A DNA stretch of 64,000 nucleotides, taken from Pocillopora damicornis. Lineage: Eukaryota. A program made the position numbers and the translations under genes. Shown here piece after piece: positions 37,372 through 49,400 of the stretch (positions within the stretch are counted from its first letter, which is position 1; every line of letters begins with the position of its first letter). The notes under the pieces were generated by a model. It worked only from the letters and a program-made list of their open reading frames with translations, was not told where the DNA came from and ran no database searches. The stretch spans positions 62,001-126,000 of the forward strand of contig NW_020847369.1 of NCBI RefSeq assembly GCF_003704095.1. Reading direction: 5' to 3'.

Positions 37372-38781
37372 ATGGCGAAGTATGTTATTGCTGGAAAGGC
37401 AAATTGCCCCTTTTATTCTAAAGCAGAGCTTCTTGCCGATGAACTTTCGTTGAACTTACCAGATTTTAAAGTCCACAAGATCGTCAAGCAGCCAGAGGAT
37501 TGGGAAGGTTGGCTAAAAGAAACCTGCGAAGAAAAAGGATGGAAACATTCTAGTTCTCCTCTTGTTTGGAGGGAGCTTGTCGATCGAGGTGGAGCAGGTA
37601 TTCTTCTTGGCGGATGCGATGACTTCTTAGAAATGGCCAGAGGTTATTATGGCATCACTTCGGTTAAAATGAGTGATGAACTGTTAAATATCGCTCACGA
37701 AAACCTTCAAACAAAGATCGAAATTGATGCCGAAGAGGAACAGAGAAAGGCAGCCATTAATCCGTTACGAATTTGCGTGTCTGGTGCATCTAATACGTTT
37801 GCTTATGGTGTTTTGAGTTATTTAGCTCAAGGAGAAGTGTTTGGGATCGACCAAGAATTGAGTATTTATCTGCTCGACAAGGCTGACTCTCAGGAAGTTC
37901 TTAAAGGTACAGCAATGGAGATCCAAGATTGTGCATGGCCTTTGCTCAGAGATGCAGTACAGACATCGGATCCAGCGATCGCTTTCAAAGATGCCAGTGT
38001 GGCTGTTCTGCTCGATGGCATTCCCCTTGAAGAAGGAGTTGATAAAAAGGAGCAACTTCTCGCTAATGCTAAAATTTTTAAGGCCCATGGAGAGGCCCTT
38101 GACCAATATGCTAAGAAAGACGTGAAGGTGCTTATCGGAGGGGGGCCGGCAAGTGTCAACGCTTTTGTCGCCAGTAAATTTGCTCCCTCAATACCTAAGA
38201 AAAATATCTGTGCCCTGGCTCGTCTCGTGGAAAATAGGTCTAAAGGGCTCTTGGCCAAAAAACTGAATGTCAACACCGCAGGAATAAAAGATGTCATTCT
38301 TTGGGGTAATATTGGTGTTCTTACTACAGCAGACCCTAGAAATGCCAGGGTCCATGGCTTTGATGGTGCCATCTGGGGACCACATATTCCTGGATTCACC
38401 CGACACGTACCAGAAATGGTCCATGATGACAAATGGCTGGCAGGAGAGTTTTTAGAAACCTTAAAAAAGCCCATGAATACTGCCAAAAGCCCAAAAGGGA
38501 CCCCTCCCTTGCCAGGGAGCTTCGCTGTGTTAACTCAGCTTCGTGATCTGTGGCAAGGGACATCGTCAGAGATTTACTCTCTCGGGGTGTCCTCTGAAGG
38601 CTGGTATGACCTCCCTCAGGAAATCTTCTTTTCTCTTCCAGTTAAGTTCGGACAGGGCTCTTGGAAAATTGTTGACAACATTCCACTTGATGACTCTCTG
38701 AAAGCACAACTGTTGGCAATTGCTGAAGAGCTTAAGAACGACTGCGAAGAGATTTTGAATAAGCTTAGTTCAGTGTCTTGA
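37372..38781 (+). CDS. MDH1B: Putative malate dehydrogenase 1B (MDH1B-like), intronless CDS, 469 aa
   Basis: The start is the ATG at 37372 (aaaATGGCG); the ORF track begins at an upstream TTG. N-terminus MAKYVIAGKANCPFYSKAELLAD..LPDFKVHKI..SPLVWRELVDRGG..LLGGCDDFLE is typical of MDH1B and is followed by a degenerate MDH fold (VILWGNIG, GAIWGP, HDDKWL). Confidence 0.92.
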   Translation: MAKYVIAGKANCPFYSKAELLADELSLNLPDFKVHKIVKQPEDWEGWLKETCEEKGWKHSSSPLVWRELVDRGGAGILLGGCDDFLEMARGYYGITSVKMSDELLNIAHENLQTKIEIDAEEEQRKAAINPLRICVSGASNTFAYGVLSYLAQGEVFGIDQELSIYLLDKADSQEVLKGTAMEIQDCAWPLLRDAVQTSDPAIAFKDASVAVLLDGIPLEEGVDKKEQLLANAKIFKAHGEALDQYAKKDVKVLIGGGPASVNAFVASKFAPSIPKKNICALARLVENRSKGLLAKKLNVNTAGIKDVILWGNIGVLTTADPRNARVHGFDGAIWGPHIPGFTRHVPEMVHDDKWLAGEFLETLKKPMNTAKSPKGTPPLPGSFAVLTQLRDLWQGTSSEIYSLGVSSEGWYDLPQEIFFSLPVKFGQGSWKIVDNIPLDDSLKAQLLAIAEELKNDCEEILNKLSSVS

Positions 38782-40474
38782 ATAGATTTGTGATACAGAT
38801 TGTACATACTTAAGTAGAAATGTTAGTACCTTTTGACATGTTAAATCAACTTTAAAAAAGGTTCAAATCCAACTGACTAGTAGTCAATATTTGAGAGGTT
38901 ATGTTTTCCGCGTGGCAAAGGGAATAAAAACGGATTGATGTTCACAACACGACCGTTAAGTGAAGCATTTCAGCGGTATACTCATCAAACGATTCTTTTT
39001 GCTAGCCTGTAGGACAGGTGACAACTCTTCATGGTTCATTAGGCGAGCATGGGCAAGGGCGAGGCCAATGCAGGAAAAAGCGAGAAGAACACGAAGAGAG
39101 CGCGAGAGGATTAAGTGAAAAGCGCGAGAACATCCCAAGGTAAACGCAAGAATAACGCGAGGTGAGCGCGAGGGGCGAGTCACAGGTGATGAGAGGGCGC
39201 TGTCACTTCCCAAATCGAAAACGGTCTGAAGACAGTCAGTAGAGACCAAACTAAAAAAGATTTGCTGGTTAGGTGAACAGGAAAATCAGCCAAATATTGC
39301 AGGGAAACTCTAAGGGCGTCCCCATCGGGGCACAGTAAATGACGAAAGATCTCTCATGAGCATTCCTTGAATTCTAGATTTCGGTAAAAACTTTGCAATA
39401 CGCGCCTTGTTTACACTTAACGTTCAGTCAAATTGGAGCTAAAATTAATATGCGTTTCGCTTTCGTTAAGTGCGCGCTTGCTCTGGGAGTGGCCTCACTT
39501 GCGAGTAGGCTCTCATTCAGATTATCAGCGCTGCAACACGCTCGTTTCTCCGCCCGCGGGAATATTTGAAACGAGTCGGGGAGAGGTTTCCTAGAGGTCT
39601 GGGTTGCAGACCTCTCGCTGGGATCAAACTTGATTTAACATGAAACGGATGTGGTTGTTTGTTTTGTCCGCGAAAGATGTATTGCGCACCGATCCCAGCG
39701 CACTACCTCAGGGAAATGCTTGGCCTTGAAAATAAATTGGAAATTAAACCTTACAACCTTTTTTGTTTCATCTTCTTTCTTTCTTCGAAAAGCCAGGTTT
39801 TCTTGATATTTATTAGACAGAAAATGTCAAAGGAGTCTCTCTTGTGTGATGACTCTAAAATACGACAGCAGTTTTTCCGCGCGTCTCTTATTAAGACTGT
39901 CAAAGATCTGGAAGGGAGAACTCAGACATGATTTAAGCTAATGGTTAATTAAAAGCTAACCCGATGCTCTGCGATAAAACGTAGATATGAGCGAAAAGTT
40001 TCCTGTATTTAGATCATTTCTCGCGACATCTAGGTGAAAAACAGAACATTTTAGCTCCAACTCTAAAACGACGAAACCTTGTCGTGACATTCAAAGTTAT
40101 TGATAAATGACTAAAATTTGAGGTCATAAAGGATTGAGTTCCAACTTTTTCTCGACTGTTCCAGATCACTGAGGTCTGATTCGATTTACGTGCTCTAAGT
40201 TATATAAATTTGCGTTTGCAAATCATGATTGACAACATCGTGTTGTTTTTTATTTTTCCACCGCCTTTTAAATTTGACAGCTACCAGCTTTTTTCTTTAT
40301 GTAATATCATTGTGTTTCGATTAAAACGGTTATAAAATTATTCGCATTCATTAACATCTCCCTAGCCTATCGCAACAAAGTGACGTGGGCTGGAATATTT
40401 TCTTTTAAGTGATAACGAAAACAGCTGTAACACAAAACCTTTCAAAGCTGCACTTCACGACTAGACTATAAGAA

Positions 40475-42725
40475 ATGGCAGCGCTTGGAAAAGGTGCAAT
40501 CTTTTTAATTTTGTTTTTCCTGTGGTGCGCCTATGTTGTCCTTGGAATCTTTGTCTTTGCTGCAACAGAAGGAAATGTGGTGCATAATTCTCAGGAGCGA
40601 AGAGAACGACAGAACATGACTGGCTTGAAAGCTGAAACGATGGAGAAACACAACATGACCGAAGCTGAGTTTGAGACCCTCGCGAAGAAAATTCGTGAGG
40701 TGGCGAACTCGCACGAGGATTATCAAGATGAACGCCGATGGAATTACATAGACTCATTTTGGTTCGTGGTCGTTCTCCTCACGACTATTGGTAAGGAAAA
40801 AAAATTGATGTAATTAATGCAAAAATCATGACTCAGAAATAACAAGGGAACTAAGGCGTCGGCTGGGTTTGTTTTTATTTAATTAGACATGAATCTTTCA
40901 CGGCATAACAATAATAAAGAAAGATTGCTCCATGCATTATGATTGAAAAGGTATCAGATCAAGCTGTTGATAACTTTATGTTTTCTTTGCAAAGCATCAC
41001 GAAACATGCTTTCAAAAACTTTACATGGAAGAAACACGTAGTCATTCAGTCGCAATTTCAAAGTTCTGACTGTTTTCATTTCCTTTCAAGTAGTTTTCTT
41101 TCATTTTCATAAACAGACCGAAGTAACCATTGAATATTTGCATATCTTGCAACAATGAAAGTGAAAATTAGGACTTAAGATCAGTTGAAGCAACATAAAA
41201 ATTTATTTCAGGACTATCACTGTTTGGGAAAAAAAATATCGAAATAACTGGCACTATTTATGGGAACGTAAAGCCATTTACCTTTTAAGTTCGTCCACGT
41301 TTTTATAAAAGTGTCATCAACTCTGAGAATGGACACAGCAGTCAGCTGGATTTAAAACAATCAACCCTTTCACTCTCAAGATCTAATTAGTAATTCTCCT
41401 AACTATCTGCCATACAATTCTTATGGTGGGAGTTTGGAGATCGTTGTATTGGTTTAACTAATAATCCTCTAATTTACATATATATATTTCTTTATTCTCT
41501 TCACTTGTCTGCTTGATTTTGTTTTGACATTGTAAAGAGAAATTCTGCCTTGATCATGAGAAAATCTATTAATGCGTACTTTAATTCAGAACATAGATCA
41601 TGTCAAGGTTAACCTTCGCGAAGAACTCTCGAAGAACAAACCTTTCGTTTGCGAGATCATGTCTTGGAGTAAATTTTGTGGAAGTGAATTAATCCACCTG
41701 CTGCTTCAGTGGATCCTCTTTCTCGGTCTTCTAATTTTCTCTTGAAACAAACGAATGCATTAAAATAACTGGAACTTTCCCCTTTGAAGCGCATTTTCAC
41801 AGTGTCTTGTAATCACAACCAAAGAAATAACAACAGTCAATCGGAACAAATATTCTATTACAAGGAGCTAATCAGAAATCAAAGTTTAAAAAGCACATCT
41901 GCCTGAAGCGCGGGAAAACGCAAGTGAACCTGCATAATCAGCGGTTATTATGCACTCTTAAAGTCACGGCTTCACTGCTCTATTGTGAGGCTCTGCCACT
42001 GAATGCTGCGAAGTAATTCGCAAAAATGTCAGCAGCGTGACACGTTAACGGTTGGTTTTAATCTAGCTTCTGATTGGTTGAGAAGATGGCGCGGGTGTTT
42101 TGGACCAATCACAGGTCGAAGTAAATACAAATTCAGTGAACCCTGTATTACTTGCGACACTCAATTAAGAAAACCCCTTTTAACGCCGTGTTTACTTCAC
42201 TCAGGTTATGGCGACTTTTACCCAGTCACGGTCATTGGCAAGGTCGTGTGTGGGTTGTACGCCGTATTTGGCATCCCTATAACCATCTTGCTCCTGCGAT
42301 TTATTGGCCAGCAGATGCTACGCGGAGAAAGAGCGCTGATCACCGCAATTGAGAGAAGCTGTCTGAAAAGAAATGGGCCTCCGTGTCACCTGAACGAAAA
42401 ATGTTTCGTGTTTGGTTGTCTATACTTGTTAATATTGGTCCTTGGGGGAGCGGGTGCTTCAATGGTAACAGAGGAAGGGTGGAGTTATGGGGGATCCATC
42501 TACTTCTACGTCATCACATTCACGACCGTCGGTTTCGGAGATATGTATCCTCAAAAAGGAAGACATGTCACCATACCGTTCATATTCCTCGGTCTGACCG
42601 CCATCTCGAATATTCTTCACGCGGCTGCTGCATGGGCGCTGGTCAGACGTGTCACTGCGGGCTCAGACGAGAGCGAAGAAACTACGAAGTTAACGGAATC
42701 AACGGAGAAAGGAACTGAGGTTTAG
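40475..42725 (+). CDS. Two-pore-domain potassium channel (K2P/KCNK family), paralog 1, 2 exons, 278 aa
   Basis: Exon 1 40475-40790 plus exon 2 42205-42725. The intron splits P1 (TTIG|YGD), and P2 is FTTVGFGD. Four TM segments, with a 55-residue M1-P1 extracellular cap region. Confidence 0.93.
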
Positions 42726-43588
42726 ATGAAAAGATGAAAAGTAAGCTTGTGGAAAAACGTATTGTCGATTCAAACAGCTTCCTATGTCAAGAATAACCAT
42801 TAAAAGTATACTTATTAAGATAATTACAATCAGCTGAAAATGTAGAAAGTAGTGTAGAAGTGTAGTAGCGTAAGACCCAAAGAAAATTAATCTCAACAGC
42901 CTAGATTATTTTCAAGGTAACCATAAGTAAAATAAAAAAACGAACAAACTGGGAAAAGCGCGGGAAAACGTATATAGTTAAGTCCGGTGCGAGTTTGTTT
43001 AGCTCGCTACCTGATTGGTCGAGAGGGTGGCGCAAGTGAGGCGAGTTTTTTTAGACCAATCAGAGCGAAGTAAATAAACTTGAAGTAATCCTTGATCGTT
43101 TTGACTTAGACACTCAATTTAACGAAGGACAGGAATTTCTCGCTCTGGGTCTCGCACTACTTAGTTTGTGTGCATTAGAGAAAGCAAATTAAATAAGTAA
43201 ATTCCTTCGTTGTGTACAAGCGCTGGGGATGTAAGTGAAGGAAATCAAACTAAACATCGGACAAAGTTTTAACCTCTGAGTCGATCCTGTGGCAGGAGGG
43301 GGTGNNNNNNNNNNTAGTCACTCTTGCCCTCTATAAGGTCTGCTTACTAATAGAAGCAAATGGGACTAAATTTTAACATGTATGCTCGTTATATGCACTG
43401 GAGGTCAAATAGTAACGCAAAACATGTACGTTTGAGAAAATTGCTACTCTCTGTGGATTGATGTAGAAATGAAAAATTCGCAAAGAAATAGCAATATACT
43501 GCATTTTCTTAACTCCTAAAAGTATATGAAATAAATTTTGATTAGCTTTTGTTGTTGTGCTTTACATAATATCAAGATTTGCCTATAG

Positions 43589-43857
43589 AGCGCCTTTCAA
43601 TTGAATGTCCTAAAACCAAAGGTAAAGCTATCATAACAGCCAATCATAGCAAGACAAAAAACGCAAGGAGCCGATGAGATCACGAAGCAAAAACAAGCAA
43701 ACCGCTGAAGCGCGGGAAAACGCGAGTGACCGAGTCACGATTGGTTTTTAGGTTTGAATCTGATTGGATGAGAAAGTGGTGCGTTTTCTGGATCGGTCAC
43801 ATCATGAATTAAATCAAAACCAAGGCTCTTTTCAACTCTGAATTTAAAATCGATCTA
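43589..43857. repeat. Family A dispersed repeat copy between the two K2P genes
   Basis: Colinear with the 3507-3790 copy (gccaatca...aagcgcgggaaaacgcg.gtgacc...gattggttt...tctgattgg...gtggtgcg). Confidence 0.8.
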
Positions 43858-44372
43858 CTCTACTGAGATTAAATAGGAGTTTCCTCTTGCGACCAGCAGA
43901 GCAATTTTGAAAACTATTCGAAACTATTTGAAGAATAGGTATCCGGCAAAAATAAAAGCTAGTATTGATATCTTTGAGAGTAGCACGTTCAATTTTTAAT
44001 CAATATGGACTTCTTTACGAGGCACATGTCAAATCAAAGCGGACAGACGACCATTTTTCTCATCATGTCAAAATAAAAGTTAATTCGAATACCACTCGCA
44101 GCTGGAGTCACGAAACACCTACTTCAAATATGTAAATGTAACAATGTTTTTATCGAAACTGTTGTCAAACTGTTATAGTTATGTCTAATTTTATTCTCTA
44201 ATGATTGCAAAACAGCTGTAAAATGTTATTTATGAGCACGCAAAGTACGTCTAAGCCCTGAGGTTTAAAGGTTTCCTAAGCAACAAAAGTGACGTATATG
44301 CAAATTATTGGGTTTTCACAATCGCAAGATCACCAACAAAACAAACCTGTAGCATTATTAAAGTTTGCCGTC

Positions 44373-46452
44373 ATGGCATTACTCGCGGAAAAAGCGAAAC
44401 TACTTTTGATTCTCTTTATTTTATGGTGTGGGTATCTTGCGCTCGGAATGCTTGTGTTTACTGCATTGGAAGGCAAAGACGAGGTCGAGGAAGAGGAGAC
44501 GAAATGGAATCACGGTGATTCTGTCTGGTTTTCGTTCGTATTACTGACAACTGTTGGTAAGTAGTTAGAGCCAGACATAGCGAGTCGAACTTCCTTAGAT
44601 TTTTGTCGTGAGATGCCTCGATGCTCAGTAACAAGGTTTTCGACGACTTCATGGATGCTCGACCTAATCAAAACAAAGCTAATTCATTTACCATTCTACC
44701 GGCAAATTGAAGGCGTCTTGAAAGGATGAAGTTTTCTCGTAAATCAGTTTCAAAATAAGATTCACTGAATTACTCTTTAATACTACCCCCAAATCAATGA
44801 TGAATCTCGTTTGAAGTTTTCTTTGTAATTTATTTCATTTTTCAAAACACAATCAACCAAATTTGAGACACAATTAATATTTTGCGAAAAATTGAAGGTT
44901 TATCATTCAAACTTAAAATAAACGGCTTGATTCACTCACGGAACAAAGGCTAAGAACTATGGAAACTTGAATTCTATTTTCTTTCTCAGACTAGTAATGT
45001 GTTTCAAGAGGATAGTTTTATCAGTTTCACGAAATGTATGTTGCAAATTGAAAAAGTGATAATTTTCACCTGCTTAAAACTCTAATGTAACCACCGATGA
45101 AGCTACCAGATTCGACAGTTCATCGTCGCTGTTTGAATATAAAATTCATACATATTCATAATTTTTATATGAATTTTAGAATTTTTGATAGTTGATAGCC
45201 CCTTTAAAAAGTCAAGCTGTGCATCTGTTTTGTGCTTTATATGAAAACTTCCTCCCAGCGTCTTAGGTAGCCCATGGTTTTAGTCACTAAATATCGAAGC
45301 CAGCTGTCTTTGACTAATTCGGCTTTTCTTGTGATTACCATGCATAATCTCGTAGCACAACGGGGAAGAGCTCTGATTGGCTCACTTGATAATCATTGAC
45401 GGTCTCAACAAATTATCAAATTAGTTTTCTTTCAGCTACAAGTCTTTTACAAGAACACTTGTCGGGAAGAGCTTATCGTTTGTTGACAGCAGAAACCAGC
45501 GACGAGAGTCTTCTCCCTCTGCTCCAGTCCTCCGTGCGCCCACTCTTGGGGTAGTCAGGAATAAATGTACCGCATCTTAAAACATTCTTTGCCGTTAATC
45601 GGCTCAGATGTCTTTCCATTCTAAATTTCACCTGCCTGCCTCTACATGTTCCTCATGAACACAAGCTTATTTTGGAAACGGTTCTAATTCATCTCCTAGA
45701 GGGAGGGGAGGGAGGGGACACGATAAAATCATGTACTTGATCCCGCCATGAGATTCTATAATATTCTTGGGATCCTCCCCGGGCAGTTAATTGGCGGTCA
45801 ATTTCTCCTTTCTTTTCTGTTGATGACGACTGATGTGATCCCCGCTCCGTTCCCCCTGAAAACCATGTGATCCACCCAAAATTCTTCCACCCTCCCCCCG
45901 AGGGAATGATTAATGGTCCCTACTTTTCCTTTTTTATCTCGAATAGGCTATGGTGATGTAACACCCAAGACAGGTCTCGGCAAAGGTCTGAGCATATTGT
46001 ACGCCATTTTTGGCATCCCTTTGACAATTCTGCTCTTGCGACTTATTGGCTTGGAAATGCTTCACAGCGAGAGGAGACTCATCAACGCTATCGAGGGACG
46101 TTTTTTGAGAAGAAACCGACCACCCCACCACTTGCACCATAAGTGTTTCCTGCTCGCCATCTTGTTCTGGTTGTTGCTGCTTCTTGTGGGAGCTGCTATT
46201 CAGATGTTGGCCGAAGACTGGAGTTATGGAGATAGTCTTTACTTCTACACGATCACCTTCATGACGGTGGGTTTTGGAGATCTGGTACCACTCGCGAGGT
46301 ATATCAGCGTACCTCTTACAATGCTCGGGCTGGCAGCCGTTTCAAATATCCTGCATGGGGCTGCGTCACTTCCGCTGATCAGACGTATTACCGCGGGCTC
46401 GCTAAGGGATGAGGAAATGGCTGAAGTTGAGGAACAAGAAATAAGCGTTTAG
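44373..46452 (+). CDS. Two-pore-domain potassium channel (K2P/KCNK family), paralog 2 lacking the cap, 2 exons, 229 aa
   Basis: Exon 1 44373-44556 plus exon 2 45947-46452, with the same intron position as paralog 1 (TTVG|YGD). P2 is FMTVGFGD. Exon 2 is clearly homologous to paralog 1 (YAIFGIP.TILLLR.IG..ML..ER.LI.AIE; PP.HL..KCF; SNILH; RR.TAGS). Confidence 0.92.
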
Positions 46453-49400
46453 AAGGACTTATTTCGTTAATAAAACCGTAATGTCTGTTATTGCAGGTTT
46501 AACTCAGATCGCATGTAGCAATCAAGTGGCTAGATCAATCAGAGTCAAGTTTAACGGAGTGTGACGACTTGTACAAACTTATTTTATTTGTTTGAAAAGT
46601 ATCTATCGAAAAACGTATGGAACGTAGCTACCATAATGTCGTCCTGAAATGTAAAATCAGAAGTACTTCAAAGACGGGCGTCTAAGTTGAGATTTGAATT
46701 TATCGATATAGTATCAAGATTTACAAAAGAAAATTTTACCATGAAGCTTTTCAAAATATCGTCATTCTAGCGTCGATTGTTTTTAAAACAACTGTAATTA
46801 AAAAGTTTCTGTATAATAGTTCATCTTTTCTTCTCTCGTATTACTCAAGATTTCTTATGGAATTTTTGTGAAATTTTTATTATTAATTATCTAATTTATT
46901 CATCAGAGTTGTTAGTTTAGTTGATAGAGAGTGGGTAAGGTTTTTTGCAAAGGAAAATAATGGTACCGTTGTTTTTCTTGTTTTTTTAATCGATCATTAT
47001 TCTTCGTTCTAAACCTTCATGTTAGATTTTCAGCGATAACTATTATTACTTCTGTGTTGTTAACAGAAACAAAATATCAATAACCTTGTGATCAAATCAC
47101 CTCTCTGTAGAAATATCATGGAAAACGCTGAATAGATGTAAAATTTATACATAAAATTATACATAGATTGACGTATTTGGTTGCTGGCCAGTGAGCATTA
47201 AACTATTATAGTACTGACTGGACGAAATTGCACCCAGCCTCCCCTTTCCGATGGTAAAACGTCCTAAAAACCGTTTGGCTAGTTCAACGGTTTTATTTTA
47301 TTGTTTTAACAAAGCGGCCTCAATTTGTATGGCTACGCAGGAACAAAAGAGAGCTTGTTTCTACTCGACAGTCATGCGCAGTAGAGAAGAGCTCTGAGGT
47401 CGAGAATGCCTCCATTTCGGCTGGTTATTTGGTCCCACATGCAAAAATAATTTGAGAGAGAAAAAACATGGTGTATAAAAACAATATTACAAAACAAAAA
47501 CAACTTATTCGTTAAAGAATAATTTTCTTGGTTGAATTATATCCTTGAATTTCATAATCGCTCTGGAAACATCGCTGGCCATTCATTAGACTCGATATGC
47601 CACTTGGAGAAAAGGACCCACGCATTTAGTTTGAGCCTGGGGGTTAATAAAACAGCGGTCAAATATCGGGCATGCGCCAATGAATTTATTTTGGCCGGTT
47701 GCGCGCCAGTTTCCCGCGCAAAATTTGTTAAGTGTCACATCAAAAAATAAATTGGAGTCCACCCACATTAAAAACAAATTGCCCGCATTTGGTTTTTAAA
47801 TGGACAAATGTTCCGGGCTTGAGCATACTATAATATCGCTCGGTTGCCGACACTTAAAAATTGCACGCTTCTGATCAGACAGCCGGGCACGGTCTTAAAT
47901 GGAATAAATGCCCGGCAGTTGAAAATTTTCATCAAAATGCCACTTAAAACTTCACACAAGCATATTGAGTATTAGAAATGACAAACGATTCTAAGAACTG
48001 CGTTAGTTTTTTAGGTGGTCAAGCTTGGACGTACCATACTAAAAAACACATAAACATTTCAAAACTCATGAGAGGTCACGTTGGTTTCGTAGAATGTTGT
48101 CTTCGAGACCACTGCCTGGCGTAACAGTGAGGGAAATAAGGAAAAATTACAGAAAACCTAAAATAAGCCCATTGATGCTTTTTAAGATAATCCAAGTGAT
48201 TTTAAAATTATTTTGATTTTTGGTGAAAAAATTCCTAGCTTATCGAACCACAAAATCACCTGGTTGAGCAGACTGCCGGGAACCACACAAGCCAGTAATT
48301 CACGGTGTTTTAAAAGGGTATGAATGATAAATTAAATTGGTTCCTCTATTTGAATATGCTTTCTCAAGGTTTCTTTTTTCTACTTTTATTTCAATTTACA
48401 GATTTCTAAGAAAGTTTCAGTTTTCTTTCGTTTATTTGGAAGACAGCAGTTGATTCTTATGTTTTCCTTTTCAGCGGTTTCATTCAAAATTATTTACTAT
48501 TAACATTATGTGGTTTCCACTTGAATGTATCTGATTTAGATCGGTTTTTGTTATCATCGTATAGATTCCGCTTAGTTTCGCCATCTTTCCGATGGTTTCA
48601 AGTTAAAAACGCCCTTTGAAACAATTGGACGGAATACTGTTTTAATTTGACGGGCAATATTTTGTTCTTTTCATTAGGCTTGTGAGGTCAGTGATAATAT
48701 GCAAAATCTGGAAGAAATTGATTATCATAGCAATGCAGCGAATTGAATGCACGAAACAGTTGTTTGCCCAAAACATGTTCATAACAAGGTCTTAAAGGGA
48801 TCGATTCGTGGTTTTTATTTCTCCTTTACATATTTTTTTCATGAGAACATAATGCAACAGACAGGTGGCGAAAAATTATCGAATTTTCTACGCGTGAAAT
48901 ATTAGGAAGCTCAACTGTGAATATCATTGGCTGATTCTGAGGAATATTATATTATGGCGAGCGCGCAGCGAGGGCTCTTATTAAAAGACTCCACCGAAAT
49001 AAAGAGCGTTTGAACGAACATTAATTAGGAATACTGTTGGCAAAAACTTCGAGGTAAGTGAGCCCATTTATTCTATTGTATATCGCGGGTGAATTGGTTG
49101 GTTTGGAAGAAATATCTCGTTTACTTTGTTACATATTTTGAAAGGTTTGCTATGCACCAAAACTGCAAAATCGGAGGAAAATGTAACATAGTTAAACGTA
49201 ACACAATGTGGGGGCTCTTAATCCTTAGTATGCCTGAATTTGCGAGCGCACCGGCCAGTGGGTAAATGAAGAATCCAAAGTTTTGCAGTTGAACTGTTTT
49301 ACTTTTGTTATACAAAGCATTCCTCCTTCGTTTCTTGATCTGTGTGTTGGCGGTTTCATAGCTTTCACAAAACTTCGACGCATCTTAAAATGATTACAAC

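Noticed and set aside
37890-38486. 198-aa antisense ORF (and other shadow ORFs over the GPCR, snail, K2P and C2 exons)
   Set aside because: These are antisense or alternate-frame shadows of real CDSs with no recognisable motifs.
42003-42204. N-terminal 67 aa of the 240-aa ORF
   Set aside because: Intronic family A repeat read through by chance; the real exon begins at the acceptor at 42205.
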